NCBI GenBank assembly: GCA_030390025.1
Contig: CM059425.1
Span: forward strand, 174,098,001 to 174,162,000
Direction: 5' to 3'
Source of the DNA: Squalus acanthias
Lineage: Eukaryota
Length of the DNA: 64,000 nucleotides
A program made the position numbers and the translations under genes. The notes beneath the pieces were generated by a model that saw only the letters and a program-made list of their open reading frames with translations, had not been told where the DNA came from and searched no databases. Within the stretch, counting starts at the first letter, position 1. Every line of letters starts with the position of its first letter. Shown here in pieces: positions 1-12,906 of this stretch.

Positions 1-3000
1 TTTTCCGGGGTGTCAGCGGGCGGGATTGGTGGCAGTTGGGTGGGAAATTTGATATTTTTGACAGCACTTTGCGAAAACGGCATCTTGCTGCCTGGCTCCC
101 CATTCACATGCATTGAGCGGTGAGCAGACCCGACAGGCGGCGGGTGACCCAATTCAGGTAATTAGTGGCTTGTTTAGAGCCACTTGAGAATGATTTTCAG
201 CTTACCTTTTGCATTTGACAGCTCGCCCATGGGGTCCACGCTGGTCGTGGACCACGTCTGTCAAGCTGAGGTGGGAGTTCAGTGGCCATTGAATCAGCTG
301 TTGAGTTGACAGCTTCAAATGTAAAGTAAAAGCTCCCACCTTACTGAGATATCTCCCCTCAGCCACAAGCTGTTCCTCACTGCATTTCAACAACAGATTC
401 ACCATGCTGCAAGTCTCCATCCAGTCTGACCCCTCTCACCATTGACAGATCACTTCTGTCATCTCTACTTCACCTGCCATCTATTCCATCTGCATGGGTA
501 TGGTTTATACTCTCTCACCTTGGTCCTCAGAACCTCACCACAATCAGCCCCAACATCAGCAGCACCAGGCACACCAGCAGCACCAACAACAACACCAACC
601 TTCTCCGCAGTCAACTGATGCTGCACAGGACAGAGCGTATCAGCACCCGACCACATTGCTGCCCGGGAAGCCAGGGATGGCCTCACCATGGCTAGATTTA
701 CTTCACTTGATGCTGTACACTCTGGCTACCACATGATGTGCCAGGTTGGCACCACCCCACACCAACACCATAAAGCATCCCTTCAATGCCCAAGCCATCC
801 CTTTCACACTCATCACCTTTGCGGGGGGTACCGTTATGTCTCACCATTCACTGCAACTCACTAAGCCACTTCCAAAGGTGCACACAAATCTGTCTAAGAA
901 CGCAAAGTGTTGAAAATAAAGGTTTCAATGTTTGACACCACATTAACAGAAACTTTACATGAACATTGCATAAAACATCAAAGTGCCTACCCTTGTGTGT
1001 TGTTAGTTGGTATGATTGCACCAGGATGAGGGTGAGTGTGAGGGGTGGCTAGTGAAATGGGAATGTTATAATATAGATAGAGAGGGATGAGTGGAGGTGC
1101 AAGGTAAGTTGGTGTGAGTAAGGATGTGCAGGAGTAGGGTAGGGAAGGCAGAGTGATGGGGATGTGATGAGAGGCACAGCAGGATGAGGTTGAGTGTGGC
1201 TTTGTACTAACGTTTTGTGATCTATTGAGATAATTGAAACATTTGCGGCACTGCATCCAGGTCCTCCTGACCACATCCTTGCTTGTGCCCTCCTCTGCAA
1301 TGTGCAACCAAGCTGTGTTGATCTCCTGGTGTAATGGAATAAGCCATATTCCAAGAAATACATCATCCTATGAACAGATTTTGATAATATTAATACATGA
1401 CATACTGAGTTTAAAAGTCTGGAAAGCCTCGGCGACACAGGCTGCAAACACAATACAGGCTTCTGAGATAAGATGAAGTGTTAACAAAAGCTGTAAAACA
1501 CCACAAGCTTTGAAATGGGAGATGGTTGTAAACACAAAAACAATGCCCCTATTGAAGCAAACCATTGGCGCTTCCAGAAGGTCTGGAGTTTGGGAGAAAC
1601 ACAATGGAATGACCCAAGTAAAGTGTTATAAGCTAACACTCAGGGAAACAAAAACTTAGAACATTAAACAACCATATGCCTTCATAAAGTAACATCAAAT
1701 AAGACAGGAAACACGATTAAATATAAAACCAATTGAAGTAGCTAGAAAACAAGTAAACACCCTAAGAGAAGTGGTTTTGATTTACATATTGCAAAATGTA
1801 CCTACAGAGAGGCTTTGAAAATATAATATCAATAGATGACACCAAGCAATCACATTGTTTATGTGTTAAACTTGGAACACCACGGAGTCACGATGTCTGG
1901 CTTACAAGCAGTTAAGTGATATTAAGAATTCAATAGAAAGACTTCCTAAGAATAGCATCAAAAGATAAATCTGTAATAACCATTTTATGATAGTTTTTGA
2001 AACACCTAAAGGTAGAGACAGAATTCTAAAAGTTGGCAGCTGAAATGACAGTAAGAATAGAAAAGAATTCAATAGTGTATCACTAGAGACAATTAGCTTA
2101 CATCAAAAGAAAACTTCAAAGAATATACCACTAAAAAAAAGTATAAAAATAAGAACTTTTCAAATGAGAAAACAGAAGTCGCTGGAAGGGCAAGCGTTTC
2201 TCAACTTCACAGGCACGCTCTGTAAGTTTTTAACTCTGAGTCTCGGGTAATCAAGGATTTGATATTGGTGGATATTCTGGATTAAGAAATAAGTAGAAGT
2301 GTGGAAATGTAACGAAGTTAAGATTTGAGAATAAGGATCTCTGATAAGAAATGTAAGCTATTTGTATTTTGAACGGTTAAAGTTGCGATTGCCATACCAG
2401 CTGTTAACTAGATGTCGGTTCTTTAATAAATCTATATATTTTTAAAATTGTCTCAAAGAGTATTTCTGTATCAATCTCGCGAACTCAATTTCTGTACACT
2501 CTTCAGTGAGGAGTTGCAGAATTCTGGGGGGGTTTCCGGACCTTCATAATATCCAGAAGGTTACAGTCTAGTTAAACTTGTTAAAAGTGCTATCCGGAGG
2601 ACGGTAACATCTTCAGGCCGTTTCTTTCCTTTAGTGAGAGATAGTCTGAACCTTTAGACCCAATTAAGTGTCTCTAGGATTCGGCTACCGCTAACTTTAG
2701 TTGAAGGTGAACGTCTGGGGAATACGCCTGATCTGGGGTAGCCCGAAAAGGGCTAGACTTGTAATTATCCCTTCACTGGGGAGGTCACTTCCACCCTTGG
2801 GAAGGGAAGAGGATCTCCCTGCGTGCTGTGACTCCCTCCATAAGCATATGGAGGGAGTCATGGGAGAGCCTGGGTGCAGTCCTGTGCCTTTGTGCAGTCA
2901 TTGTCAGTGTTTGCAGCACCTCAATGCTGTAGAACACTGACAGCAAAAATGTCAAACTAAATTTGGACATGGTCCCTTTAAGGAAACCGGCTGATGACGC

Positions 3001-3182
3001 GTCATCAAATGACGTCATCAGACCCGCTTCCTCTAATTGGCCGGTAAACGCACTGGGCAGGCTTAACAAGCCCAATCAAGGGAAATTCATTTCACAGAGC
3101 AGGATGGAGCCAGCAGCGGGGTCGAGACCTGCCACCGACGTCGCCCACCACAGACCCGCCGAGGTAAGTAAAATCGAGGCCT
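1..3182 (-). mobile_element. Non-autonomous PIF/Harbinger derivative (left end probably just outside the window), carrying a Myb/SANT exon-1 remnant and interrupted by a solo LTR
   Basis: Terminus AAAATCGAGGCC near 3180 resembles Harbinger TIRs seen elsewhere in the window. With the LTR removed, the minus strand reads MTAQRHRTAPRLSHDSLHMLMEGVTARREILFPSQGWK*PPQ|EINTAWLHIAEEGTSKDVVRRTWMQCRKCFNYL, matching the other Myb/SANT exon-1 copies. Confidence 0.75.
1330..2775 (+). mobile_element. Solo LTR (1,446 bp) of an LTR retroelement or endogenous retrovirus
   Basis: Starts TGTAATGGAATA and ends TATCCCTTCA (TG...CA with short imperfect inverted ends). 4-bp TSD CTGG at 1326-1329 and 2776-2779. TATAAAA at 2142 and AATAAA at 2425. 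Removing it restores the flanking Myb reading frame. Confidence 0.85.
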
Positions 3183-3302
3183 TTATTTCTCTTTCTGTAC
3201 TTTTTGACATTGAATTCACCCACTCTAATTTACACTTCCTTGTTCAGACCTTCTGCTGTTTATTTCACAATCCTTCAATCTGATTGGTTAAGGAGGTACA
3301 CA

Positions 3303-3435
3303 AATACAAAAGCAAAATACTGTGGATGCTGGAAATCTGAAATAAAAACAGAAAATGCTGGAAATACTCAGCAGGTCAGACAGCATCTGTGGAGAGAGAA
3401 ACAGAGTCAACGTTTCAGGTCGATGACCTTTCATG
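3303..3435 (-). mobile_element. Penelope-like element terminal (pseudo-LTR) fragment with a degenerate hammerhead core
   Basis: Recognised motif AAAATGCTGGAAATACTCAGCAGGTCAG...CAGCATCTGTGGAGAGAGAAACAGAG. Minus strand has ATGAAAGGTCATCGACCTGAAAC, i.e. stem II plus GAAA of a hammerhead with the CUGA lost. Confidence 0.6.
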
Positions 3436-5134
3436 TTCTGATGTGACATTCATTTGCATTTGTTAGCATACAGAAAGTGCCTTTTTGAATTATTCTAACT
3501 AACTTCTGATTGGAGTTTTTAGCTAACTGGCAGTGGTAAGTTAAGATAGTATTTATTGGAAATTGCAGCATTCCCACTTGGGTGTTAAATGAAGAAACTT
3601 GCTGTTGCATAACTGTCTAAAGAATTTTAATAGTTGGAAATCAGAAAACCAGCCATCGCAGCCTGACGTTAAGTTGGTGTAAGCTGCCATCTTTCCACGT
3701 TCATTGTTTGGACCAATGTGGGTGAGCAGAGAGGAAAAGAATGCTGCATATGGTTAATATATAGGTTGACACAATGATAGCAGTCCCAATCAGAAGCATA
3801 GCTGCTGCATGTTACATTTTTTTTTAATTAAAAAATTAGTCAGGAAAATAAATCATTCTGTCAAACCTATGTTTAGAGAAACAGCATTATCGCATACTAT
3901 GTTAAAATGAGTCGTTTTGGCAGTTATGTGGATCTGATTATGATAAAAATGGTGACAGCTCTTCTGGCTTTTCTCCCTCTTCAATCAAAATAAGATTTGC
4001 CAAATTTTTTTATGAAGACTTGCTGTTTAAAAATGAGCACACAAAATCTATCTTGCAGCTGTTGTACGCAAACTGGTTTCACACCATGTAATTTTCTATT
4101 TCATGTAACTGCCCACTTTTTAATTAAGACTTACAACTTTTTTTGTTTGTTTTTAACTTAAATAGAAATAGAAATGGTTATTTAGGCTAACCTCTACCTC
4201 CAAGTTGAGGTCATTTAAGGCCATACCAACTCGGGTTACTGTAGGTTAGATTAAAAAATGCATGCAGAAAAAGTACAGTAGGAAGACTTTTTTTTAGAAA
4301 ACAGAATATTGTGGTACTATAAGTATGTCAGGTCCATGTGGTGTATATGCTCTGGTATATGGCTGTAAATTAAACCCACTCATGATGATGGGCTAAACCT
4401 TTTTATGTATAATGAAGTCACATATATAAAAACTGAAGCAAATGTTAGGGGGTTAAGGCAAATAAGCATTGAATCCTGCCAAGTACAAGTCTTGCTGTGA
4501 AAGAAAATTCTAGGTTGGTTTTGATAGCAGGGGGCTTAAATAACGAGCAGTTCTTGCTGTGATCTGTACTAACATGAAACTTCTGGCAGGGTTATTGGAG
4601 GGCATGGTCTTGCGAGGATTTTCTTTAAAAGTTTCCTTATGAAAAATACATTAAGATGATGGATCAATAAGGAAGAAGTAGTGATGGGAGTGAGGGGGTG
4701 GCAGGAAGAGGAGAGGGTAGTGGGAAGGTGACTGGATGGAGCAGGGGGCAGGGGAAGTACATGTGATGGGGGTAGGGGATTAGAAGGTAGGGACTGAGGG
4801 CCACATTTTCGCCACAACACCTACCCCATAGGCAGCCAGCAGCTGTTGGTGGCTCATTTCTTCACCACGCCAGGTCATCCACCACCTCCTACTCTAAAGG
4901 AAAGAAGAAAAAGACAGAGAATCAGTAGAGAATAAAGAGAGAAACAACGAAGAAAAAATTTAACAACATGAAGACAACAGAGATAGGAAGGAGTGAGAAC
5001 ATATTCTCCAACTTAACATGTGCAAGGTAATGGGGATCTACGAGTACTTTTTTATTCCTTTGAAGACTATGCAGTCAACCACCCATGATCAAAAAATCAT
5101 TTAGACATTTACAATATCAAATCACAATAGCATG

Positions 5135-6718
5135 AACAACAACAACAACTTGTATTTATATAGCGCCTTTAACATAGTAAAACATCCCAAGGCGCTTCAC
5201 AGGAGTGTTATAAAACAAAATTTGACACTGAGCCACATACGGAGATATTAGCGCAGATGACTGAAAACTTGGTCAAAGAGGTAGGTTTTAAGGAGCGTCT
5301 TAAAGGAGGAAAGAGAGGTACAGATGCAGAGAGGTTTAGGGAGGGAATTCCAGAGCTTAGGGCCTTGGCAGCTGAAGGCACGGCCACCAATGGTGGAGTA
5401 ATTATAATCAGGGATGCTCAAGAGGCCAGAGTTGGAGTAGCGCAGATATCTTGGAGGGCTGTGGGGCTGGAGGAGGTTACAGAGATAGGGAGGGGAGAGA
5501 CCCTGGAGGGATTTGAAAACAAGGATGAGAATTTTAAAATTGAGGCTTTGCTTAACCGGGAGCCAATGTAGGTCAGCAAGCACAGGGGTGATGGGCAATG
5601 TTCCCTCTTTTTTTTTTTGGCCTGCGCGGCCCCTTTAACTGGCTGTGCAGGCCATTCAAAATTCCGCACATGCACGGTTTTTCTATTTAAAAGCTGGCTC
5701 ACCGGCTGCGCAGGACATTCAGAGCGCTACGCGACCGCACAGCTTAAAGGGAACATTGGTGATGGATGAACGGGACTTGCTGCGAGTTAGAACACAAGAA
5801 GCAGAGTTTTGGATGACCTCGAGTTTATGAAGGGTAGAACGTGGGAGGCCGACCAGGAGTCTTGGATGAGCTCAAGTTTATGGAGGGTGGAAGTTGGTTG
5901 GCCAGCCAGGAGAGTATTGGAATAATCAAGTCTAGAGGTAACAAAGGCATGGATGAGGGTTTCAGCAGCAGATGAGCTACAGCAGCAATGGAGTTGGGCA
6001 ATCTTCCGGAGGTGGAAATAGGCGGTCTTATGTGGTCGGAAGCTCATCATGGGGTCAAATATGACACCAAGATTGAGAACAGTCTGGTTCAGCCTCAGAG
6101 AGTTGCCAGGGCGAGAGATGGAGTGGTTGGCTAGGGAACTGAGTTTATGGCGGTGACTGAAGACAATGGCTTCGGTCTTCCCAATATTTAGTTGGAGGAA
6201 ATTTCTGCTCATCCAGTACTTGATGTCGGACAAGCAGTCTGACAATTTAGATACAGTGGAGGGGTCCAGCAAAGTGGTGGTGAGGTAGAGCTGGGTGTTG
6301 TCAGCATACATGTGGAAACTGACAATGTGTTTTCGGATGATGTCACCGAGGGGCAGCATGTAGATGAGAAATAGGAGGGGACCAAGGATAGATCCTTGGG
6401 GGACACCAGAGGTAACGGTGCGGGAGTGGGAAGAGAAGCCATTGCAGGTGATTCTCTGGCTACGATTAGATAGATAAGAATGGAACCAGGCGAGTGCAGT
6501 CCCACCCAGCTGGATGACGGTGGAGAGGCGTTGGAGGAGGATGGTGTGGTCAACCGTGTCAAAGGCTGCAGACAGGTCGAGAAGGATGAGGAGGGAAAGT
6601 TTACTATTGTCACAGTCACTCAGTCACATTTGTGACTTTGATAAGATTTGTTTTGGTACTGTGGCAGCGGCAGAAACCTGATTGGAGGGATTCAAACATG
6701 GAGTTTCGGGAAAGATGA
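5135..6718 (-). mobile_element. 5'-truncated L2 LINE (RT C-terminal half and 3' tail)
   Basis: ORF pieces HMYADNTQLY, LQLNIGKTE, ETLIHAFVTSRLDYSN and ITPVLADLHWLPV; (TTG)n tail on the minus strand. Confidence 0.9.
5596..5758. mobile_element. hAT-type MITE (163 bp) inserted in L2
   Basis: 11-bp TIR CAATGTTCCCT/AGGGAACATTG; 8-bp TSD GTGATGGG/GTGATGGA (7 of 8 match). Confidence 0.85.
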
Positions 6719-8139
6719 AGTAATCCCATGGCAGGATCCATATGCCATCCAATTCATACCCTGATCAAAAAAAACTTTTTTCTTAACTAATTCCTAATTC
6801 CCAAAGAAGTCTGTATTTTTCTTGGAGGCTCACTCTTCCATTTTGAGCCCAGTTACTAATGCTTTTTAAAAAAAAAATAGATATTCAACCCAGCAAGACA
6901 AAAATCTTTAAAAGTTCTGTTCTTCTCACAGTCAGTCGTGATCTTAGAAACAAAACAAAACACTTGGAGCTCTGTTGGTGTGTTTTAATAGAAATATGTT
7001 TTCTATTTTCCCAGTAAATACCAGCAAAATGCTGCATTTAATATGTTAAATTGTACACTTTTGTAATTGTTAAAAACTGAAATATTTAATTGAATAATAT
7101 CGCACTCTTTGCATGTATGAGCCTCTCCTTACTGAGACACTTGTACATGAAAATCCCCAACTTTGAAATCTTAACCAGATTTTCCAAGTAGCAAGATTGC
7201 ACACCTCATCAGCAGTTGGAAGGACTGACCTCACCAACTTTTTGTCATGCAAGCTCTTCACTTCATTTCAATAGACTCTCTATGCATAAAAAACATATGC
7301 ACAGATTGAAAGGTGGTTGGCTACAAGTCACAACAGTGGGTAAGCCAGTAGGCCTTAAAGTTCTGTTGCTTGCTTTAAAAGAGGACTCACCTGCAATTGT
7401 TCATCTGAAGGGAGAAACAGATTTTGAAGCATGATGTGCGTAATGAGGGAAGCACACTGACTCTTCAGGGAAGTTGAAGCAGGATGTGCAACAAAGGAGG
7501 TTGGCCCTCTTTGGTGCCCTAGGGTACCCATCTGTAAAATGCCAGACACAAGTTGCATGGATGGAGGTCGTTAGGCAAATTTAATTCAGTTTCCCGGGTC
7601 TGCCGTACCTAGGAGCATATAAGCTCTGAGCAAATTCACTAAGTTATTCTTTTATAGGCAACTTTTATAAATGTAATTGTTTTCTTTCTTTCATTCCTCC
7701 CTGACTATAAGAATTAGCTTATCTTTTACCTTATCCTTTGTTGCAAAGTTTCTTATCAGTTCAATTATCATCTGATAACTCAACTTAGCTTAATGAACAG
7801 ATCCAGCCACATGAATAGCCTTGGCTTCATTGAATGTTTTATAACTGACAATTAGGTTCAAAATAATTGGCTGTTAACTGGACAAATCACAGAATCTGCG
7901 TTTGCTCAAAGTCAGCTTGGCACTTCCCTTCAAGCTTACAGTTCGAAAGACAGTTTGGACGACCATACAACATATGTATCAAAATAAGATTGGTATAGGA
8001 ATCTGAACAGTAGTCACTGCTTATGTACAGTGACTGGATTTAAAGGGACAGCCACAAACTAAAATTAGACAAAAATACCTAAAAAATTTTTTTACCCCTT
8101 TATTCAAAAGAAGTTATTGCCTACATATTTTCAATGGGG

Positions 8140-10712
8140 GCAATAACACCATGCACATAGCACTTGTGGACCCAACCATGATGCAGCATCTGATGGTCGA
8201 AGTCTCAGCTTCCATTGCAGCACAAGCAGAAGCCTCCCAACATCTGGGTGCTGCAGTGGAAGCTCAGACTTCTGTCATGCAAGCTCAGACTGCTGCCATT
8301 ATGTTTGCGGATACCAGTGTTCAAGGGGGTTTGCAGGGTGTCACAGCAGTCCAGCAATCTATCTTCCAACAGATTACTAGGATTCCTGAGGCGCCACCCA
8401 GGGGGAGTGGCAGTGGCTCCATGGAACACGAGCTGCTGTCCTCTCTCAGAATGACAGCATTCATCCTCTCACCACTGCCACTCCACCAGTGCCCTTGCTG
8501 TTGCCTGTCTGCCAGCCAGCCCAGACTCCTGCCGCCCATGCCGAGGTGGTGCAGTCCAAAACCTACTAGGCCCAGAGCTGCTCGAGATTGTCCTCCAAGG
8601 CCATCTGCAATCTCCCCCACTGAAAGTCAGCAGCCTTCCACCAGCCATGCTGCAGCCATAGGGGTAGCACTGCATAGGAGCACTAGGACAGGCAAAGGCA
8701 CACGGAAGACTAAGGGAATGCACAATGGTGATTAGTTGACGTTTGTATGCAATATGACATGGTTTGATTTATAAATTTGGCTTGGAATGTTTATTTTGTG
8801 TTGGCTTTTATTTTTGGCACTGTGGGACTGTTAATGAATTGGGGTTGCATTTGAATGAGTTGTTCATGGACAGCCCGGCCAGAAAGGGGCTGTCTAGGTT
8901 GCCTCCTCTCTTCCTCCTCTTCCTCATCCTCCTGCTCCTCAGCTGATAGCCGTATAGCTGGTGGCAAGGACTGTGCCCTCATGATGACGAAGTTGCGCAG
9001 CATGCAGCAGACCAACATGAATCTTGACACCCACTCAGCCGAGTACTGCAGGGCTCCTCCAGAGCGATCCAGGCAGTGGAAGTGTTGTTTCAGCATGCAA
9101 ATGGTGTGTTCTCATTGTATGCATGCTGCCCACATGTGCGTGGGTTGCGCACCGGAGTCATGAGCCATGTTGTCAAAGAATAACCCTTGTCGCCCAGTAG
9201 CCAGCCTCTGTTATGTCGTGGTGGCTCAATTGCAGATGGAACAGCGAACTGCTGCAGAATGAAGGCATCATGACTGCTGCCAGGATACCGGGCATTGCCC
9301 TGCATGATTCGCTGCATATGGTCGCACACCAGCTGGATGTTGACGGAGTGGAATCCCTTTCAGTTGCGGTACATCTCAAAGTTGAGATGCGGTGCTCGCA
9401 AAGTGACATGCGTGCAGTCAATGGCACCCTGCACCATGGGGAAGCCTGCAATCCTCGCAAAGCTGCAGGCTCGCTCCACCTGCTGCTCTCTGGCAAGAGA
9501 TAATGAAATGTAGTCAGCTCTCTAGGAATAGAGAGCCTCAGTTGTTGTGCGACCACGCCCAGCGCATCCTGATGGTCAATGCCCGCTATCCTGGCAGCAG
9601 TTATGATGCCTTCACCCTGCATCAGTCCGGTGTGCCAGCAATCTTCCACCCACCACGTCAAACCCGAGGGTGGCTGCTCGGAGGCAAGGGCTATCTGCTC
9701 TGCACCTGACTGATGACTCCCCTTCGTAAACCTATCACTCCTGCCCAGCACTCATATAATGACAGCCATGCTGCCACCAGGAGCATCATTGAGTAGACCA
9801 TCGGGCTGCTGAAGCAACGGTTCTGCTGCCTTGACCGCTCAGGAGCAGCCCTCCAGTACTCGGCGGAGCGGGTGTCCCATTTCATGGTGGTCTGCTGCAT
9901 GCTCCACAACTTGGCCATCATGAGGGCAAAGCCCTTGCCAGCAGGAATTGCGGGACCACCTCAGGAGGAGGACAAGGGAGAGGAGGGGGAAGAAGAGGAA
10001 GAGGGGGAGGACAAGGAGGCAGGGAGGAGGCAGGTAGCAAATCCCCTTCCGGACGGGCTGTCCGTGAACGCCTCATCAGACTCCGATTCCAATGAATGAA
10101 ACCCCAGATCCCCGTTGCTCACCACATCCCCATCATACCAGCCCTCTGTCATGGAATAGCACAGCATCCTCCTGGGCACAAAGCTGAAATGACAGCCACC
10201 ACAAAAACAAAAATTAATAAATTCCAAACAAAATTAATAAATTTTTAAGTATTCAATTAACAGTACAATATCAACTAATCACCCTTGTGCAATCCCTTAG
10301 TGCCTGTCATTCGTGTGCCCTTTCCTACTCTAGTGCTCCTATGCAGTGCTCCCCCAGTGGCTGCAGCATGGCTGGTGGAAGGCTGCTGACTTCCCGTGGG
10401 GGAAACTACAGATGGTCTTGCAGGATGACCTCAACCAACTGTGGACCTAGAAGGCCCGGCTGTAGCCAGCACTACCTCGGCATGGGTGGTAGCAGTCTAG
10501 GCTGGCTGGCTGACAGACAGCAGCAAGGGCAATGGCGGAGTTGCAGTGGTGGGAGTAGGAATGCTGTCATCTTGAGATCAGCACTCCAGTCATGTAAATG
10601 AGCAGGTAGCACGAATTTTGTATGCTGCCTGCAGCATTTTGAACAGGCACAGCCAAATAGCGCTGGCCCATGACACCAGCCGTTTTCAGGCCATATCCAA
10701 TTTCTAGGCCAT
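8140..10712. mobile_element. Rearranged Harbinger remnants: Myb 3' end (+, to 8735), nuclease (-, ~8850-9530), nuclease (+, ~9535-10095), Myb 3' end (-, ~10275-10580) and one TIR
   Basis: Nuclease motifs [21 protein letters not shown] and RFCCLDRSG appear on both strands with stops and frameshifts. Myb C-terminal SQQPSTSHAAA...RSTRTGKG. AATTTCTAGGCC end near 10710. Confidence 0.85.
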
Positions 10713-12906
10713 AAAGTATTTCATATGTCTGTCTATACTTATCCTTATAACCCTACATCCCTTTCCTAAACAGATATTTATCCAGCTCCTTTAATTTGTG
10801 AGGAATGATCTATTACTTTGAAAAAAGACATGGCCTGTTTTTTTTAAAAAACAATGCTTGTACTTATAAAGTCACTTATAACAATCTCAGTGTTTCACAT
10901 AATGTATTACTTTTGAAGTGCATTGACTCTATTTTTTCCTTTTAAATCCATGCTGGCTACTCTGGCTTTTTCTTCAAAGAAAAACATGTAACATCCTCAA
11001 AGAGCTCTTGAAGATTTTCTCCACTGCTGGTGTTTGGTTGACTGATCTTGGAGTAGTTCCAATCAATAAAGTGGAAGTCAACACTTCAGAACGACCTGCA
11101 GGCTAGTGAAGCGGCATTTGAGTTATTTCCAGCTGGGTGTTATTGAAGTGTTTAACTAGTAATAACTATTCATGGCTCGGGCAACCCCAGATTGGCATAC
11201 AGGCCAGTCTTAAATGTTAATTTTCGTGTAAATAAATGGAACATTTAGGAATGCATATTGGCTTCACTAATTAATATGTATTGCTAGAATAAGTCGTTGT
11301 GCTAGTGGAATCCTGAAATACAACAACAACTTGTATTTATATAGCGCCTTTAACAAGACGCTGCACAGGAGTATTTTAAGACAAAAAATTTGACACCGAG
11401 CCACATAAGGATAAATTAGAGCAGGTGACCAAAAGCTTGGTCAAAGAGGTAGATTTTTAAGGAGCGTCTTAAAGGAGGAAAGAGAGGTAGCGAGGCAGAG
11501 AGGTTTAGGCAGGGAATTCCAGAGCTTAGGGCCTAGGCAACAGAAGGCACGGCCACCAAAGGTTGAGCGATTATAATCAGGGATGCTACAGAGGGCAGAA
11601 TTAGAGGAGCACAGATATCTCGGGGGGTTGTGGGGCTGAAGGAGATTACAGAGATAGGGAGGGGTGAGGCCATGGAGGGATTTGAAAACAAGGATAAGAA
11701 TTTTCAGCGAGCACAGGGGAGATGGGCGAATGGAACTTGGTACGAGTTAGGACACGGGCAACGAGTTTTGGATGACCTCAAGTTTACGTAGGCTGGAATG
11801 TGGGAGGCCAGCCAGGAGTGCATTTGAATAGTCGAGTCTAGAGGTAACAAAGGAATGGATGAGGGTTTTAGCAGCGGATGAGCTGAGGCAAGGGCCGCAA
11901 CAGGCGATGTTACAGATGTGGAAGTAGGCGGTCTTTGTTCTACTGCGGATATGTGGTCGGAAGCTCATTTCAGGGCCAAATATGACACCAAGGTTGCGAA
12001 CAGTGTGGTTCAGCCTCAGACAGATGTTAGGGAGAGGGATGGAATCAATGGCTAGGGAACGGAGTTTGTGGCAGGGACCAAAAACAATGGCTTCGGTCTT
12101 CCCAATATTTCAATTGGAGAAAATTTTTGCTCGTCCAGAACTGTATGTCGGACAAGCAGTCTGACAATTTAGAGACCATGGAGGGGTCGAGAGAAGAGGT
12201 AGTGAGGTAAAGCTGTGTGTCGTCAGCGTACATGTGGAAACTGACGCTGTGTTTTCAGATGATGTCGCCAAGGGGCAACATGTAGATGAGAAATAGGAGG
12301 GGGCCAAGGATAGATCCTTGGGGGACACCAGAGGTAACGATGCAGGAGTGGGAAGAGAAGCCATTGCAGGTGATTGGCTACGATTAGATAGATAAGAATG
12401 GAACCAGGCGAGTGCAGTCCCACCCAGCTGGACGACGGTGGAGAGGCGTTGGAGAAGGATGGAGTGGTCAACCGTGTCAAAGGCTACAGACAAGTCAAGA
12501 AGGACGAGGAGGGAAAGTTTACCTTTGTCACAGTCACAAAGGATGTCATTTGTGACTTTGATGAGAACCATTTCGGTACTGTAGCAAGGGCGGAAACCTG
12601 ATTGGAGAGATTCAAACATGGAATTGCGGGAAAGATGGGCACGGATTTGGGAGGCGACAACACGTTCAAGGACTTTGGAGAGGAAAGGGAGATTGGAGAT
12701 GGGATGGTAGTTTGCAAGGACGGAGGTTCAAGGGTTGTTTTTTTGAGGAGGGGGTGATGACGGCAGATTTGAGGGAGAGGGGGACAGTACCTGAGGAGAG
12801 AGAACCAGTTAACAATGTCAGCTAACATGGGAGCCAGAAAAGGAAGTTGGGTGCTCAGCAGTTTGGTGGGAATAGGGTTGAGGGAGCAGGAGGTCATAAA
12901 GTCATA

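Noticed and set aside
494..736. Gln/His-rich ORF
   Set aside because: Low-complexity sequence inside a Harbinger derivative with no evidence of a gene.
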